A stretch of 64,000 nucleotides of DNA from Candidatus Moanibacter sp. (GCA_965226025.1 CBDDCD010000002.1:2662216-2726215); one strand, 5' to 3'; positions 16,122 to 25,586 are shown, numbered from the stretch's first letter. The notes: a model not told the origin generated them from the letters alone. Numbers and translations: made by a program.

Positions 16122-18677
16122 TTACAACAACCCGAACTGCAACTGGGTGGAGTCAGCCACATAGAAGAGAAAGAGGTCGATGACAAAGAAGAGACCCTGG
16201 GCGGCCACGGCGGCGAGGAAGATCCCGGCGGAGAAAGGCAGCAATTTTTCCCGAACGGTAGCCGCCCCTCCCAATTTAAGGACTGTAAACCGAGCCACGC
16301 AGGCGACAAAGAGGCTGGCCCAGATGTGGTACATTACCCATGTCGATCCGAGGATAATACCGCCGGGATGGAACCAGAACCCGGTAAAGGTGTGACGAAG
16401 CAGGGTAACAATAAAGGTGAGCCCTCCCGTGTAGGCGAAGGCCCATACACCCGGTGAGATGGCGCCTTGCCCCTTCTCTTCGGGCGGCAGGGTGGCATCC
16501 AAGGTGGCGGTTGCGTGATAGATACCGTACTGGGACGTCCATGCATTGACACCAGCATAGTCCGCCGAGTCGGGGAAACTATCCATCCCTTTGGCATAGA
16601 CACCGGAGAGTACGATCCAGCCGCCAACGAGAAAGCCGCCGACGATGGCCACGACGTTGACTGTCAGTATGGCGCTGCGCTTGAGGCGGAAGCGCCGACC
16701 GAGCTCCAGAAACTCCAGTTGCATACCGGGAATAAGGAGGAATCCATGGTAGGCGATGATAACCGAAATAAAGGTGGCGAACATCATACCCTGGGTGCCG
16801 GAAACCGGCATGCCGCCGGTGAACGCAACGATGACCATGAGATGGGGAAACATCACGCATGAAGGGACGCCGCAATCCGCTCGCAGCTTCATGGCCACAA
16901 GGCCAAAGCTCAGGAGTGCTAGATATACTACGAACGCACCGCCCAGGGGCATGCCGATCGCTCGCGCCCACAGCACCACACCAGAAATTGCAGCAATGAA
17001 GAGAAGAATCGCTCCCCGGCTGGAGAATACTTCCTCCCCCCGATCCTCACCGCGGAGGGCGGAGCGAAGAATGCGATAGAGATATTTCCGGGAGAAGAAT
17101 ACAATCAGGACGGAATAGACCACATAGCCGGACAATCGCTGTTCAACAACGTGGGGATAGCCTGCCTGGTAGGTCAGACCGTAGAATTCTCCCACCAGGT
17201 ACTGCGCTCGGAAGAGAAAGAAGCCCACGATCACGCTGAAAAGGACATTGACTTCGAGGAACATGGCCAGTCCCAGGTATAATGCGATGACCTCGAGATT
17301 GAGTCCCGCCAACATGCGCGAGAAATAGGGGTTTTCGATATAGGCATTGATGCGTAGGTTGATGTCGAGATTGGGTATAGCGGAGTTTATGTCGTGGAAG
17401 CCCCGGAGGGCGCACCAGATGAAGGTGGTGGCAAAACCCGCCCACATATAACGGTTTCGCCATCCCTCGGGCAGGAACCGCTCGTCCGTGGTTTCCCTTC
17501 TCTTACTCCCAAGGAAAAAAAGAGGAATCTGGGCAAAGGAAAGAGGAAGGCGTTGGTTGTCCACCCATTCCCGGCGCATAATGACGGCGATGGAAAACGA
17601 TGCCATGAGGATGAGGACAAGGAAGGTACCCCAGCTCGTCATGGGCCGGAGCCAATCCTTCCAAGGAATATAAGCCGTGAGCAGATAGCGCAGTCCGGCA
17701 ATACTGAGGAGGCGGTCCGGTTCGACTAGGAGCCCGGCTCGCTCCTCTTCCGGCAGTTGGGCGAAATCCTCCTCATGAATGACCATCCGGCCCCGAAAAG
17801 AACTCTCGATCGCCTCGACATTCATGAATTGCAAGTCGCGAAAGACAACATGGCCGGGCCCTTTCAGACCGAGTTCCAGAGTGACAAATTCCTTCACGGT
17901 TTTGGGTAGGACGACACCGTAAGCGCCGGCGCGACGAAATCCATCCGGGCGCGCGTAGGTCCTTTCCGCCTCCTCCGCGGAGGTGAATGCTTCCTGCAGG
18001 AAGTGCCTCTCAGTATCGTAGGTGACTCGACAATAATAGTAGGATTCGAGGCCGAGTCCCTCCGCTCTTGCGAGCACACTGAGAAGATAGGGTTGGCGGA
18101 GGATTACGGCGCCCTTCCTGCCTTGACCAGCTGGGAGGCGCACGAGTAGGCGTGAATTATCCGATTCGCCGGCTTGTTCGATTACGGGCGCCTGCTCGAT
18201 GCGCCCATCGGAAAGGGAGAGGGATTCCCATCGAATGCTGCCCTCCGTTTCAATACCGGATACAGTTGGCTGGGTGAGAATACCTTCAGTCAGATTAGGT
18301 CCGTGGGGCCACAGATTAGGGTTAATCGCATCGAGGAACTCGAAATTCTCCGACCTTGGAAACGTTGCCACATTTGGAACCAGGTAGCGCCAGAAGCCCA
18401 CAGTCATGATGGGCGACGCCATGAGCCCGGCGAACAAGATACAGAGCAGTTCCGCCCTCGAGAGCAACTCGTAGCGCGCCAGAGTTTTTAGGAGAACGGT
18501 GAAAAAAAGAAGCAGAAGAAAGGCCCAAAATACCGGCACCGACAGGGCGCTGGAACCGAGTTCCCGGCCCGTCTCCGAAACCGTCCCCATGAGCACGCCG
18601 GCCAACTCGATGAATACCGCCGTAAGGACAAGCATCAGCAGCGAGTAGACGAGGATACGGGCGATGGAGACGTTCAT
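16122..18677 (-). CDS. Large polytopic membrane protein with a soluble insert; function unknown
   Basis: 851 aa with numerous long hydrophobic segments. A hydrophilic beta-rich insert follows the first few helices (..VTLELGLKGPGHVVFRDLQFMNVEA..). No catalytic motif was recognised. Confidence 0.7.
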   Translation of the reverse strand: MNVSIARILVYSLLMLVLTAVFIELAGVLMGTVSETGRELGSSALSVPVFWAFLLLLFFTVLLKTLARYELLSRAELLCILFAGLMASPIMTVGFWRYLVPNVATFPRSENFEFLDAINPNLWPHGPNLTEGILTQPTVSGIETEGSIRWESLSLSDGRIEQAPVIEQAGESDNSRLLVRLPAGQGRKGAVILRQPYLLSVLARAEGLGLESYYYCRVTYDTERHFLQEAFTSAEEAERTYARPDGFRRAGAYGVVLPKTVKEFVTLELGLKGPGHVVFRDLQFMNVEAIESSFRGRMVIHEEDFAQLPEEERAGLLVEPDRLLSIAGLRYLLTAYIPWKDWLRPMTSWGTFLVLILMASFSIAVIMRREWVDNQRLPLSFAQIPLFFLGSKRRETTDERFLPEGWRNRYMWAGFATTFIWCALRGFHDINSAIPNLDINLRINAYIENPYFSRMLAGLNLEVIALYLGLAMFLEVNVLFSVIVGFFLFRAQYLVGEFYGLTYQAGYPHVVEQRLSGYVVYSVLIVFFSRKYLYRILRSALRGEDRGEEVFSSRGAILLFIAAISGVVLWARAIGMPLGGAFVVYLALLSFGLVAMKLRADCGVPSCVMFPHLMVIVAFTGGMPVSGTQGMMFATFISVIIAYHGFLLIPGMQLEFLELGRRFRLKRSAILTVNVVAIVGGFLVGGWIVLSGVYAKGMDSFPDSADYAGVNAWTSQYGIYHATATLDATLPPEEKGQGAISPGVWAFAYTGGLTFIVTLLRHTFTGFWFHPGGIILGSTWVMYHIWASLFVACVARFTVLKLGGAATVREKLLPFSAGIFLAAVAAQGLFFVIDLFLFYVADSTQLQFGLL

Positions 18678-18722
18678 TGCCGTCTTCTTCTGTCGTGCCA
18701 GCCAATCATCTCTCTGAAAACT

Positions 18723-18832
18723 CTTCTCGTAAGCCTTCTCGTAAGCCTTGTCGTGAGCTTCGTCGAGATAAAGGTTTCCTGTGTCTGCGAAGAATAGGGT
18801 TTAGGGTTCACGGTTCACAGTTCACGGTTGGG
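18723..18832. repeat. Tandem short-unit repeats (CTCGTAAGCCTT-type 12-mers, then GGTTCAC-type 7-mers)
   Basis: TTCTCGTAAGCCTTCTCGTAAGCCTTGTCGTGAGCTTCGTCGAG at 18723-18766; GGTTCACGGTTCACAGTTCACGGTT at about 18804-18829. Confidence 0.7.
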
Positions 18833-19029
18833 AAACTTTGTTGGAGGCCTCGTCGTCAACCCCTCGACGTTGCTCGGATCCCGAAGCGAGCCGAAGGGCT
18901 TTGTCGATAATTCGAGTAGCATCAGTTCCGAATCGGCCTTTCTGGGAGTGGGATTCCAGTCATCTCCGGCCTCCGGAAGCACGGGCTTTCTTGAATAATC
19001 GAGTTGGAAACGATCGGCGTTCCAGAAAA

Positions 19030-19093
19030 CGAAATGCTCACGCATTCCGCTACCTCCCATTCGGTGCTCGTAGCGGAATGCTTGAGCATTTCG
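19030..19093. repeat. Family-D hairpin repeat
   Basis: CGAAATGCTCACGCATTCCGCTA (19030-19052) pairs with TAGCGGAATGCTTGAGCATTTCG (19071-19093). Related copies lie at 39561-39625 and in the ends of the 50825-51403 element. Confidence 0.8.
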
Positions 19094-19217
19094 ACGAACT
19101 TGCCATTGATTTCGTTGTCTCGGCCGGGTCCGGATACCCGCATGTAGGTTGAAGTTTCAGGTTGGCGACTTCCTTTTACTCTTGTCATCAGGAGAGTATT
19201 CGGTGTTACTGTAATCC

Positions 19218-20243
19218 ATGGCCAATGATCGCATATCGATGCAGGAGATCGCGGAGGATATTGGAGTATCGCGGATGACCGTCTCCAGGGCCTTGCGAAA
19301 CGACCCTAAGATATCGGAAAGGACTAAGGAACGTGTTCGCAGAGCATGCGCGAAGGCCGGCTACCAACCGGATCCCCGTCTGTCCGAACTGATGAGCCAT
19401 CTTCGAAGGACCAAGGGGCGGCGTTCAACGGAGACCATTGCCTACTTACACTTATTGCCGGAAGAGCCGATGGGGGACTCCCTGCTCAACGAGCGGCGCA
19501 TCTTCGACGGCTGTTGCTCGCGGGCAGGGGAGTTGGGATTCCAAATCGATGAGTTTCCCTGGGTGCCGTCCAATTTGTCGGTCAAGCGACTGGTAGGCAT
19601 TCTCAGGTCTCGAGGTATTCGGGGTGCCGTCCTCCGAATCACCGGTTCCGTACCCAAGGGTATGGGTGAGTTGTACTCCGAGATTGCTATCGCCACCTCG
19701 GACGAGACGTTGACGGTTTTCAATCACGCTATTCCTGACCATTTCCAAGGCATGTCGGAGGTGTTGGAAAAGCTCAGGAAAATGGGATATCGGCGAATCG
19801 GTTTTTACCACCTCGACAGCGTCAAAGACTGGGCCGCGGACCAGTGGAAGGCGTCCTTTTCCTATCGCCTCTCGAAACTCGATGCATTCCATAAAGGCAG
19901 CATCAAGACCGACCCGTTGCCAAGGCCGAAGCCTCTCATGCGGTGGATCAGAAGTTATCGCCCGGACGCAATTATCTCACACTTGCCGGCTGCTAAGGTA
20001 CTCGAGCTGGTCCGAATTGAAGGAATCAAAGTCCCGAAGGAGTTGGGAATCGCCACCGTCTCATGGCATCCGAATTTTCCAGAGGTAGCCGGAGTCGATC
20101 AGAACTCGGAGCAGGTTGGAGCCGCCACCATCGACCTGATCGCCCGACAGCTCACTTATAATGAATCCGGTATCCCTCCTTTTCCAAAGAAGATGCTCAT
20201 CCCCTCCACCTGGAAACCGGGTTCAAGCATCCGGAGGGTGTGA
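19218..20243 (+). CDS. LacI-family transcriptional regulator
   Basis: N-terminal HTH ISMQEIAEDIGVSRMTVSRALRNDPKISERTKERVRRACAKAGYQPD, followed by a periplasmic-binding-protein-like effector domain. Confidence 0.85.
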   Translation: MANDRISMQEIAEDIGVSRMTVSRALRNDPKISERTKERVRRACAKAGYQPDPRLSELMSHLRRTKGRRSTETIAYLHLLPEEPMGDSLLNERRIFDGCCSRAGELGFQIDEFPWVPSNLSVKRLVGILRSRGIRGAVLRITGSVPKGMGELYSEIAIATSDETLTVFNHAIPDHFQGMSEVLEKLRKMGYRRIGFYHLDSVKDWAADQWKASFSYRLSKLDAFHKGSIKTDPLPRPKPLMRWIRSYRPDAIISHLPAAKVLELVRIEGIKVPKELGIATVSWHPNFPEVAGVDQNSEQVGAATIDLIARQLTYNESGIPPFPKKMLIPSTWKPGSSIRRV

Positions 20244-20303
20244 GTCGTTCGATTCAACAGTTTTCAGTGTGGGATTTCCTAGTGAGGTCCCGTCTACGTG
20301 GCC

Positions 20304-20569
20304 CTTTGTCGCGAGCTTTGGCGCGAGCCTTGTCGATTATTCATCATGAGCTTTAGTCACGAAAACGTTGAGGTTCATCAGCGAGCATTAGCCCTCAATA
20401 CGAGAGTCAGCGTATGGATCGGTGGACTGGGACAGCATGCATTGGATCTCTGCGTCGTCCAGAGCCTACTGCCGAGAGAAGAAGCTCCTATAGAGACTGT
20501 CGGCAATGACATCGGCCATGATCAGGAATACTGTCTCGCCTTCTGAAATCGCCAAGGCTCGCGACAAAG
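20304..20569. repeat. Family-A' hairpin element enclosing a truncated four-helix-bundle gene remnant
   Basis: Arms are CTTTGTCGCGAGCTTTGGCGCGAGCCTTGTCGA (20304-20336) and TCGCCAAGGCTCGCGACAAAG (20549-20569). In the loop, the ATG at 20346 opens MSFSHENVEVHQRALALNTRV, which resembles helix 1 of IVS-protein-family members. Confidence 0.6.
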
Positions 20570-20875
20570 AAGCTTAATCTGGGACATCTTCGGTAAAATC
20601 TGAAATCCCAAACGAATTGCCGCGAAATCGGGTTTACGGTAACATTAATTTCTGTTGGATTCGAACTTGCGCTTAATGGGATTTGGAGTTTTCTTTTTGG
20701 CTCTATCCTTAAATTATCTAACCTCAAAATACCCAACCTGAGCTAACGTGCCCCGAAAACGTTGACTTGATTGCAAGAAAAGGAGCCTACGCTTTTATGG
20801 CTTCGTTCCGTACTCTTACGAATTTCCTAACTGTTAATAAAACCCATTGCGCGATCGACTCAAACGATCGACTTA

Positions 20876-23800
20876 ATGCTTACCAAACCAAAACTGAAGA
20901 AAACCCAAACACCAAAAGAGATTATGAATAAGCAACTAAGCGAAATCCTGAAACGTCGTCTGTCGTGGTTCATGATACCACTACTGACGATTGCCTTCGC
21001 CCCGGCCTACGGGCAGGGTGAAGCCTCGGAAGAGGACGAAGGCGGCGAAATCATCGTGCTCTCTCCATTCTCCATTGTGGAAGATACGGACGAGGGTTAT
21101 GTTGGAAAAGAAACCCTGGCCGGTACCCGAGTAAAAGCCAATGTAGCGGATCTGGGGGCCTCCATCACGCTGCTGACCGAGGAGTTCATGAATGACATCG
21201 CGGCCAACGACCTGATGGAGATCCTGCCCTATGTCGGCCAGACGGAAGTCGGCGGCATCTTCGGAAACTTTTCCGGGGAGGGTAACACCAACTTCTTCGG
21301 GCAGAATCGACCGACGACGTTCCTGCGCCAGCACCCCCACACCCAGACCCGGGTTCGCGGGCTGGATGCGGCCGACCTGACTCGGGACTACAGTCTGACG
21401 GATATCCCCTTGGACGGATACATTGTCGACCGTGTGGCGATTCAGAGGGGCGCCAATGCCATGCTCTTCGGCCTGGGCAGCCCTGCTGGACTTATCAACA
21501 GCCAGGTACTCACGGCTCGAATGGATCGGGACCGGTTCAGAGGCATGATACGGACCGATAATTACGGGAGCTTTCGTGCCACCATGGACGTAAACAAGAT
21601 TATCTGGGAAGATAAGCTGGCGGTTCGCGTTGCGGCCCTTTACGAGGACCAGGAGTATGTGCAGGAGCCGACTTTCGAGGAGGACCGCCGCATCTTCACA
21701 ACTTTCACCTTCAAACCCTACAAGTACACCACCATCAAGGCCAGTTTCGAGGCAGGCGAGATCACCTCCAACCGTCCCGATATTATGGCGCCAATGAATC
21801 TCATGAGCCAAAATTGGTTCGATGCCGGCATGCCCGCCGCCACGCTTGAGGATTATGAGGCCGACCAGCAGATAGGCCACCCCTTCGCCACCGGTCCTTT
21901 CTGGGGACACATTACTGCACCCTATGAAGTCTATGCCAACTCATCGGACGTGCCCAATGGGCAGTATGGAGGCGTCGGTTTAATGCAGAGGCGAAACCTG
22001 AGTCAAATCGAATGTTGGACCAATAGGGCAAACCAAGCCAATCCGAACGCTGACGGAACCCTCCCGGGTCTCGTTGATTTCGGCACGAAAGGAACAAGCT
22101 GTTATGAGTTGAACACAGACGGCACCAAAGCAACGAACAGTGCAGGACTTTTCATTCCCATCGTTGATCCCCTCGGGCCGATACAGTTCATGACATCGGG
22201 AGGCTTTCACCCGCAGAATATCGGCGGTGGAAGAGAGAGCAACGATCCGGCGGCGAATTTTTGCGTCGCGTCGGACCCGGTTACGGGCGGGCCCCTCTGT
22301 CATTCCCGCAGTCAAGAGGAGAGTTTCAACCTGGATGACATCAGCTGGGTCCAATATGACAAGTTTAAGTTTATGTCCCCGGAGCTGGGTGAGGAGGACT
22401 TCACCTCTATCGATATCAATATCCAGCAGCTGTTACTGACCGACAGGGAGGGAATGAGCCTCGCAGTTGATTTCCTATGGCACCTTGAGGACTATAATGC
22501 CAATTTCTGGGATGGACAGTGGGACGGCCTCACCAGCGGGATATTTGTGGATGTCAATCCCATCCTTTTTGACGGCAGGACCAATCCCAACTTCATGCGC
22601 CCCGCTGTGGCGAATTTCCGTCCGGAGAATCAGCACGATAATTTCGAGCGTGAGTCCAGGCGGGTAACCGTTAACTTCGAAATCGATCTCACCAATCATG
22701 AGGGCATTTTGAAACACCTGGGACGGCACTCCATCACGAGTCTGTTCAACGATCAGTACAACTACGCGTTTCACGGGGAAGGATTCACGAGGACGAGTCC
22801 GGCGCCCCGGAACGATGACGAACGCGATGCCTGGTTCGGCTCGGTTGGGGGAAATTCCTTCGAACTGGGAGCGGAACACGGCTATATATGCTATGTGGGT
22901 CCTCCCATTGCTCCAGGCACTGCGCGCAACCAGGTCGTAATCAACGATACCTGCCCGGCGTCCGCCCTTCCCATAATAAACGAGGACTTTTCATTTACCG
23001 CCTGGGACCGTAATTCGCCGAATGACACTTTCTATGGTCAGCAATTTGTGGAATTAGATGGTGTGGTTTCAGGCGCGCGTCACAGGAAGGTGAATGTCTC
23101 CCTGGAGAACGCGGAATCCATCGTATTCATCGATCATGCTCACTGGTTCAACGGGAATCTGGTCAGCACCCTCGGTTGGCGGCAGGATGAGGTGTTTCTC
23201 GAAAATTTCCCCGGAGACCGGGACAATCAGGCTCTCCACAGACCGCTTTCGTGGCTCAACACGAGCATGGCCGGAGATGCCAAGACGACCATTTTCTCCT
23301 GGGGACTCGTGGGCCACGTGCCGGACGGTATCTTGCCGGACGGATGGGGTCTGAGAGGTCACTACAGCAAATCGCAGAACTTCCTGCCCGCCGCGGGCCG
23401 GACCGACGCCGAGGGTATGCCCCAGGATCCTCCGGGTGGAACCACCAAGGAGTACGGCTTCAGTGTAGACCTGGGCAGCAGGGTGACGTTGAAAATGAAT
23501 TGGTACGAGAGCGCCGTGGCCAATAACGCGGTGGCCACCGCCATCGGCCATAACGAAAACTTCGGCAGCTCGTTGATCTTCGGCCACGCCATCGGCTGGA
23601 TCAGCGGTGCCGGAAACCAGTTCAATGAAGGAGATCCCTACGGCATCGTCACAACGATGGAGGATATGGCTGCGAGAGTCATCGCCACGTCTTCCCCGAC
23701 CCATCAAACGGCATGGAGCTGGTCCCGCCCGAGCCGATTCACCGCTACTGAGGGCGACCCGGCAAATACGGTGCAAATCGCGGACACGGTCAGCGAAGGG

Positions 23801-24559
23801 CTCGAAGTTGAGCTGATGGGCTCGCCCATCCGCGGTCTGAACGTCGGCCTCAATCTCTCCCAGCAGAAGGTGGTACAGACAAACATCGCTCGCCGATTCA
23901 TCGCCCTTTTCGAGCGCGAGCGTGCGGAACTTGAAGCGCTTACCATCTCCTCGCAAAACGGATTCGTGTATAATTCCGCTGAATTCGGACTGCCAGGGTC
24001 GGGTGAGTATCAAAGGATTGAAGAGATTATGTTCAGAATCAATAACGGCTCCGGCGAACCCATGCCGGTCCAGAAACAGGGTTTCCAAACTCAGATTAAC
24101 AGCCTGTCGAGCAGGGTCGAGCAGGTCAAACGGACCGATGGACAGGTCAGCCTGGAAGTCCGGGAATGGCGTTTCAACGCCTTCGGCAATTACGCTTTCC
24201 AGGGCGACGGCTTGCTCAAGGGATTCGGCATCGGTGGTGCGGTCCGCTGGCAGGACACCGTCGCTCTCGACTACCATTCTGAAATCTTCGTCGATGATAC
24301 GGGGCAAACACTCCTGACGGCCAACCTGAATGACCCGGTCATTGATAAGGCCCAAACCCAGGCGGACGTCTGGTTCAACTATCGGAGAAAGATCTTCGAC
24401 ATGGACTGGACTTTCCGGCTCAACGTCCGTAACGCCGTTCGAGGCGATGCGGCAGTTGCGGCGATTGGCCAACCGGACTACAGGTCCGTCACGGAAGTTG
24501 CCATGTATCGGATCGTGCAGCCCACCACCTTTATTGTCTCGGCTGCATTTGAGTTCTAA
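20876..24559 (+). CDS. TonB-dependent receptor-like outer-membrane protein
   Basis: 1227 aa. A signal-like N-terminus is followed by plug-domain motifs LSPFSIVEDTDEGYV, TRVRGLDAADLTRDY and VAIQRGANAMLFGLGSPAGLINS. The C-terminus is aromatic (..AAFEF). The true start may be the internal MNKQLSE. Confidence 0.8.
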   Translation: MLTKPKLKKTQTPKEIMNKQLSEILKRRLSWFMIPLLTIAFAPAYGQGEASEEDEGGEIIVLSPFSIVEDTDEGYVGKETLAGTRVKANVADLGASITLLTEEFMNDIAANDLMEILPYVGQTEVGGIFGNFSGEGNTNFFGQNRPTTFLRQHPHTQTRVRGLDAADLTRDYSLTDIPLDGYIVDRVAIQRGANAMLFGLGSPAGLINSQVLTARMDRDRFRGMIRTDNYGSFRATMDVNKIIWEDKLAVRVAALYEDQEYVQEPTFEEDRRIFTTFTFKPYKYTTIKASFEAGEITSNRPDIMAPMNLMSQNWFDAGMPAATLEDYEADQQIGHPFATGPFWGHITAPYEVYANSSDVPNGQYGGVGLMQRRNLSQIECWTNRANQANPNADGTLPGLVDFGTKGTSCYELNTDGTKATNSAGLFIPIVDPLGPIQFMTSGGFHPQNIGGGRESNDPAANFCVASDPVTGGPLCHSRSQEESFNLDDISWVQYDKFKFMSPELGEEDFTSIDINIQQLLLTDREGMSLAVDFLWHLEDYNANFWDGQWDGLTSGIFVDVNPILFDGRTNPNFMRPAVANFRPENQHDNFERESRRVTVNFEIDLTNHEGILKHLGRHSITSLFNDQYNYAFHGEGFTRTSPAPRNDDERDAWFGSVGGNSFELGAEHGYICYVGPPIAPGTARNQVVINDTCPASALPIINEDFSFTAWDRNSPNDTFYGQQFVELDGVVSGARHRKVNVSLENAESIVFIDHAHWFNGNLVSTLGWRQDEVFLENFPGDRDNQALHRPLSWLNTSMAGDAKTTIFSWGLVGHVPDGILPDGWGLRGHYSKSQNFLPAAGRTDAEGMPQDPPGGTTKEYGFSVDLGSRVTLKMNWYESAVANNAVATAIGHNENFGSSLIFGHAIGWISGAGNQFNEGDPYGIVTTMEDMAARVIATSSPTHQTAWSWSRPSRFTATEGDPANTVQIADTVSEGLEVELMGSPIRGLNVGLNLSQQKVVQTNIARRFIALFERERAELEALTISSQNGFVYNSAEFGLPGSGEYQRIEEIMFRINNGSGEPMPVQKQGFQTQINSLSSRVEQVKRTDGQVSLEVREWRFNAFGNYAFQGDGLLKGFGIGGAVRWQDTVALDYHSEIFVDDTGQTLLTANLNDPVIDKAQTQADVWFNYRRKIFDMDWTFRLNVRNAVRGDAAVAAIGQPDYRSVTEVAMYRIVQPTTFIVSAAFEF

Positions 24560-24598
24560 TTCTGCATAGTATAACTTTTAGAGTTAGTTGAGTTTCCA

Positions 24599-24639
24599 AA
24601 ACGGGCTGGACCGGTGGTTCCAGCCCGTTTGCTTTTTTT
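24599..24639 (+). terminator. Rho-independent terminator of the TonB-dependent receptor gene
   Basis: The 12-bp stem AAACGGGCTGGA/TCCAGCCCGTTT has an 8-nt loop and is followed by GCTTTTTTT. It lies 40 nt after the stop codon. Confidence 0.85.
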
Positions 24640-24815
24640 GGCCCACGACATCCTTTCCCAATCTTCCACGTGAGCTTTGGCCTGCCTCGGCGTTTCCCTC
24701 TCAGCGGGAGAAGAAAGGTCGCAAGCTTCCACCCTCCGTCCCGCTGAGCGCATACGCGTCAACTTAAAGAGTGCCTGTTTCCGGAGTAAGCAGTGATTTC
24801 GCGTGCGTAACTCTA

Positions 24816-24945
24816 TCGAGTGCGGTGGCTTGACACCGCTTACCCGGGCGAGGCTTGACTCGTCCGCCCCATTAACAAGCGAATTACGATCCGGCAGGCA
24901 TCAAGCTGCCTGCCAACGAAAGCGGTGTCGAGCCACCGCACTCGA
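24816..24945. repeat. Long inverted repeat (family C, single copy in this window)
   Basis: TCGAGTGCGGTGGCTTGACACCGCTT (24816-24841) matches AAGCGGTGTCGAGCCACCGCACTCGA (24920-24945) as a reverse complement at 25 of 26 positions. An inner hairpin GGCAGGCATCAAGCTGCCTGCC is present. Confidence 0.75.
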
Positions 24946-25260
24946 AATTCCTCGACAGGCAACCGGAAGAACGAAGGTAATTAATGCATTGTCAGGAGGT
25001 TACAAAGGTAAGGTGGACGCCTATGGGCCAAGCGGGACTGCGGAGGACGGGTTGTCGAATTGGAGATGTAGGTTTTGGGTGTCAGCTGGAAGAGCAAGAG
25101 TGGTTCACGGTTCAAGGTCGGAAGGTAATACCGCAAGTGTGGTGACAATCACCTAATCGAAGCACGTGGAGGTTGAAAGTCGTTTGCGCTTAGGGTTAGG
25201 ACTTCGCCGTTTGATCCCTCTTGAATGCGTTGCGCGAATTTACTGGTGGAATCAAAGGTT

Positions 25261-25394
25261 GTGGAGAGGCGAGGGCTCTCGAGCCCCCGAAAGCCTTTGT
25301 TCGCCTTCAGAGCGTAATGGCAGCAGATAGACTCGAATCGTTAGGGAGTTCCGGGAGGTCTCGGATCGGGGCTCGAGAGCCCTCGCCCCTCCAG
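25261..25394. repeat. Family-B GC-rich palindrome pair (REPIN-like)
   Basis: GTGGAGAGGCGAGGGCTCTCGAGCCCC ... 80 nt ... GGGGCTCGAGAGCCCTCGCCCCTCCAG. Confidence 0.85.
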
Positions 25395-25586
25395 CGAAAA
25401 TGCCGCTCGCGTGTTCGGTGAGTCCTCACTCATACGGCCGATTCGGCTACCTCGCGTCGATTGTTCGTCCCCGCGTAAAAGTCGATGCCTCTACCATTGC
25501 TGTTGTTAATCTGGTCCTTGGATATCGAGTTGTCATTTACGGGTTCGAGTTCGACAGTATCGGAAAGGCCGGCCGGGGCCACTAAG

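Noticed and set aside
20754-20767. Candidate LacI-family operator CGAAAACGTTGACT, with an overlapping TTGACT -35-like hexamer, upstream of the TonB receptor gene.
   Set aside because: Only the central AACGTT is palindromic, and the half-sites match poorly. No convincing -10 box lies at 17 +/- 1 nt.
20981-24472. Long antisense ORFs inside large genes: 20981..21910 and 23069..24472 opposite the TonB receptor, 33789..34553 opposite the SBP fusion, 60125..61069 opposite acoC, and 7173..7952 opposite the FG-GAP gene.
   Set aside because: These are shadow ORFs, as expected in GC-rich coding DNA. The sense-strand genes carry clear family motifs, while the antisense translations are Arg/Gly/Pro-rich and motif-free.
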